Below, in pieces: positions 63,641 through 64,000 of a stretch of 64,000 nt of DNA. Numbering within the stretch: position 1 is the first letter of the stretch; the number at the start of each line of letters is the position of its first letter. Source of the stretch: Acutalibacteraceae bacterium. Lineage in GTDB: Bacteria; Bacillota; Clostridia; Oscillospirales; Acutalibacteraceae. Below the pieces are notes generated by a model. It was not told the origin of the DNA and ran no database searches. It saw only the letters and a list, made by a program, of their open reading frames with translations. The translations under genes and the position numbers were made by a program. The DNA lies in contig JBMNVL010000001.1 in assembly GCA_050946775.1 (NCBI GenBank), forward strand, positions 3,229 through 67,228, in the 5' to 3' direction.

Positions 63641-64000
63641 GCCGTGGCGCCTCCTTTCTCCTGCGAGGCGCAGATCTCCCGGTAGACCGGGCAGTCGGCC
63701 AGCAGCTGCTCGTGAGTGCCCACACCCTTGAGCTCGCCGTCGTCCAGCACCAGCAGCAGATCCGCCCGCTTGACGGTGCTGACCCGTTGGGAGACGATGA
63801 ACACGGTCATATCCCCGGTGGTTTCCCGGATGGCCCGGCGCAGCGCCGCGTCGGTGGCGTAATCCAGCGCGCTGGAGGCGTCGTCGAGGATGAGGATCTC
63901 GGGTCGGCGCACCAGCGCCCGGGCAATGGTCAGCCGTTGCCGCTGACCGCCCGACAGGTTGATCCCGCCCCGTTCCACCGGCGCGTCGTAGCCCAGCGGG
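63637..64000 (-). CDS. ABC exporter, fused permease/ATPase; C-terminal part (the 5' end lies beyond the right window edge)
   Basis: LSGGQRQRLTIARAL signature, Walker B ILILDDASSALD. ATGA-type overlap with the downstream partner. The frame is open to base 64000. Confidence 0.85.
   Translation of the reverse strand, partial: PLGYDAPVERGGINLSGGQRQRLTIARALVRRPEILILDDASSALDYATDAALRRAIRETTGDMTVFIVSQRVSTVKRADLLLVLDDGELKGVGTHEQLLADCPVYREICASQEKGGATA

Overview
High-GC, Gram-positive-style (AGGAGG ribosome sites, TTGACA/TATAAT promoters) chromosomal segment. By inference it comes from a Clostridia / Oscillospiraceae-like gut anaerobe. Most of it is housekeeping. From left to right: a V/A-type ATPase operon (C-I-K-F-E-A-B-D), ldh, a phospholipid block (psd, pssA, MprF-like), glyQS and a large secreted SGNH-dockerin-GH43 enzyme. 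Then come a DHHW protein, a tRNA-Phe/Gly/Cys cluster, the glgC-glgD-glgA operon, lacZ (GH2), nnr and RimK-like/HAD/NUDIX genes. The right end holds tlyA, rarA, glyA, nth, a dockerin-bearing metallophosphoesterase, DUF1292, a SLOG/DUF1273 protein and two ABC exporters. Accessory or unusual content: (1) An 8.7-kb phage-derived operon encodes only DNA-packaging and head proteins plus two orphans. It sits under a cleavable CI-type repressor and an SOS-box-like operator, with no tail, lysis, integration or replication genes. (2) A promoter-to-terminator non-coding unit at 60.2-60.7 kb carries 5-6 copies of a Shine-Dalgarno+ATG motif, three of them forming two-codon minigenes. (3) A tandemly duplicated array of short hairpins flanked by GTGATAT/ATATCAC heptamers lies next to a degraded AT-rich island at tRNA-Cys. 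(4) A dispersed REP-like repeat family (GTAGGG + GC hairpin, assembled into composite elements) fills several intergenic regions, including one inside the ATPase operon. (5) Two gene cassettes are each flanked by direct duplications of host intergenic sequence. (6) A 278-bp element with 26-bp terminal inverted repeats lies just upstream of lacZ. Many long ORFs in the six-frame track are antisense or shadow ORFs typical of high-GC DNA, and I rejected them. All functional calls rest on motif and family recognition by eye; no searches were run.
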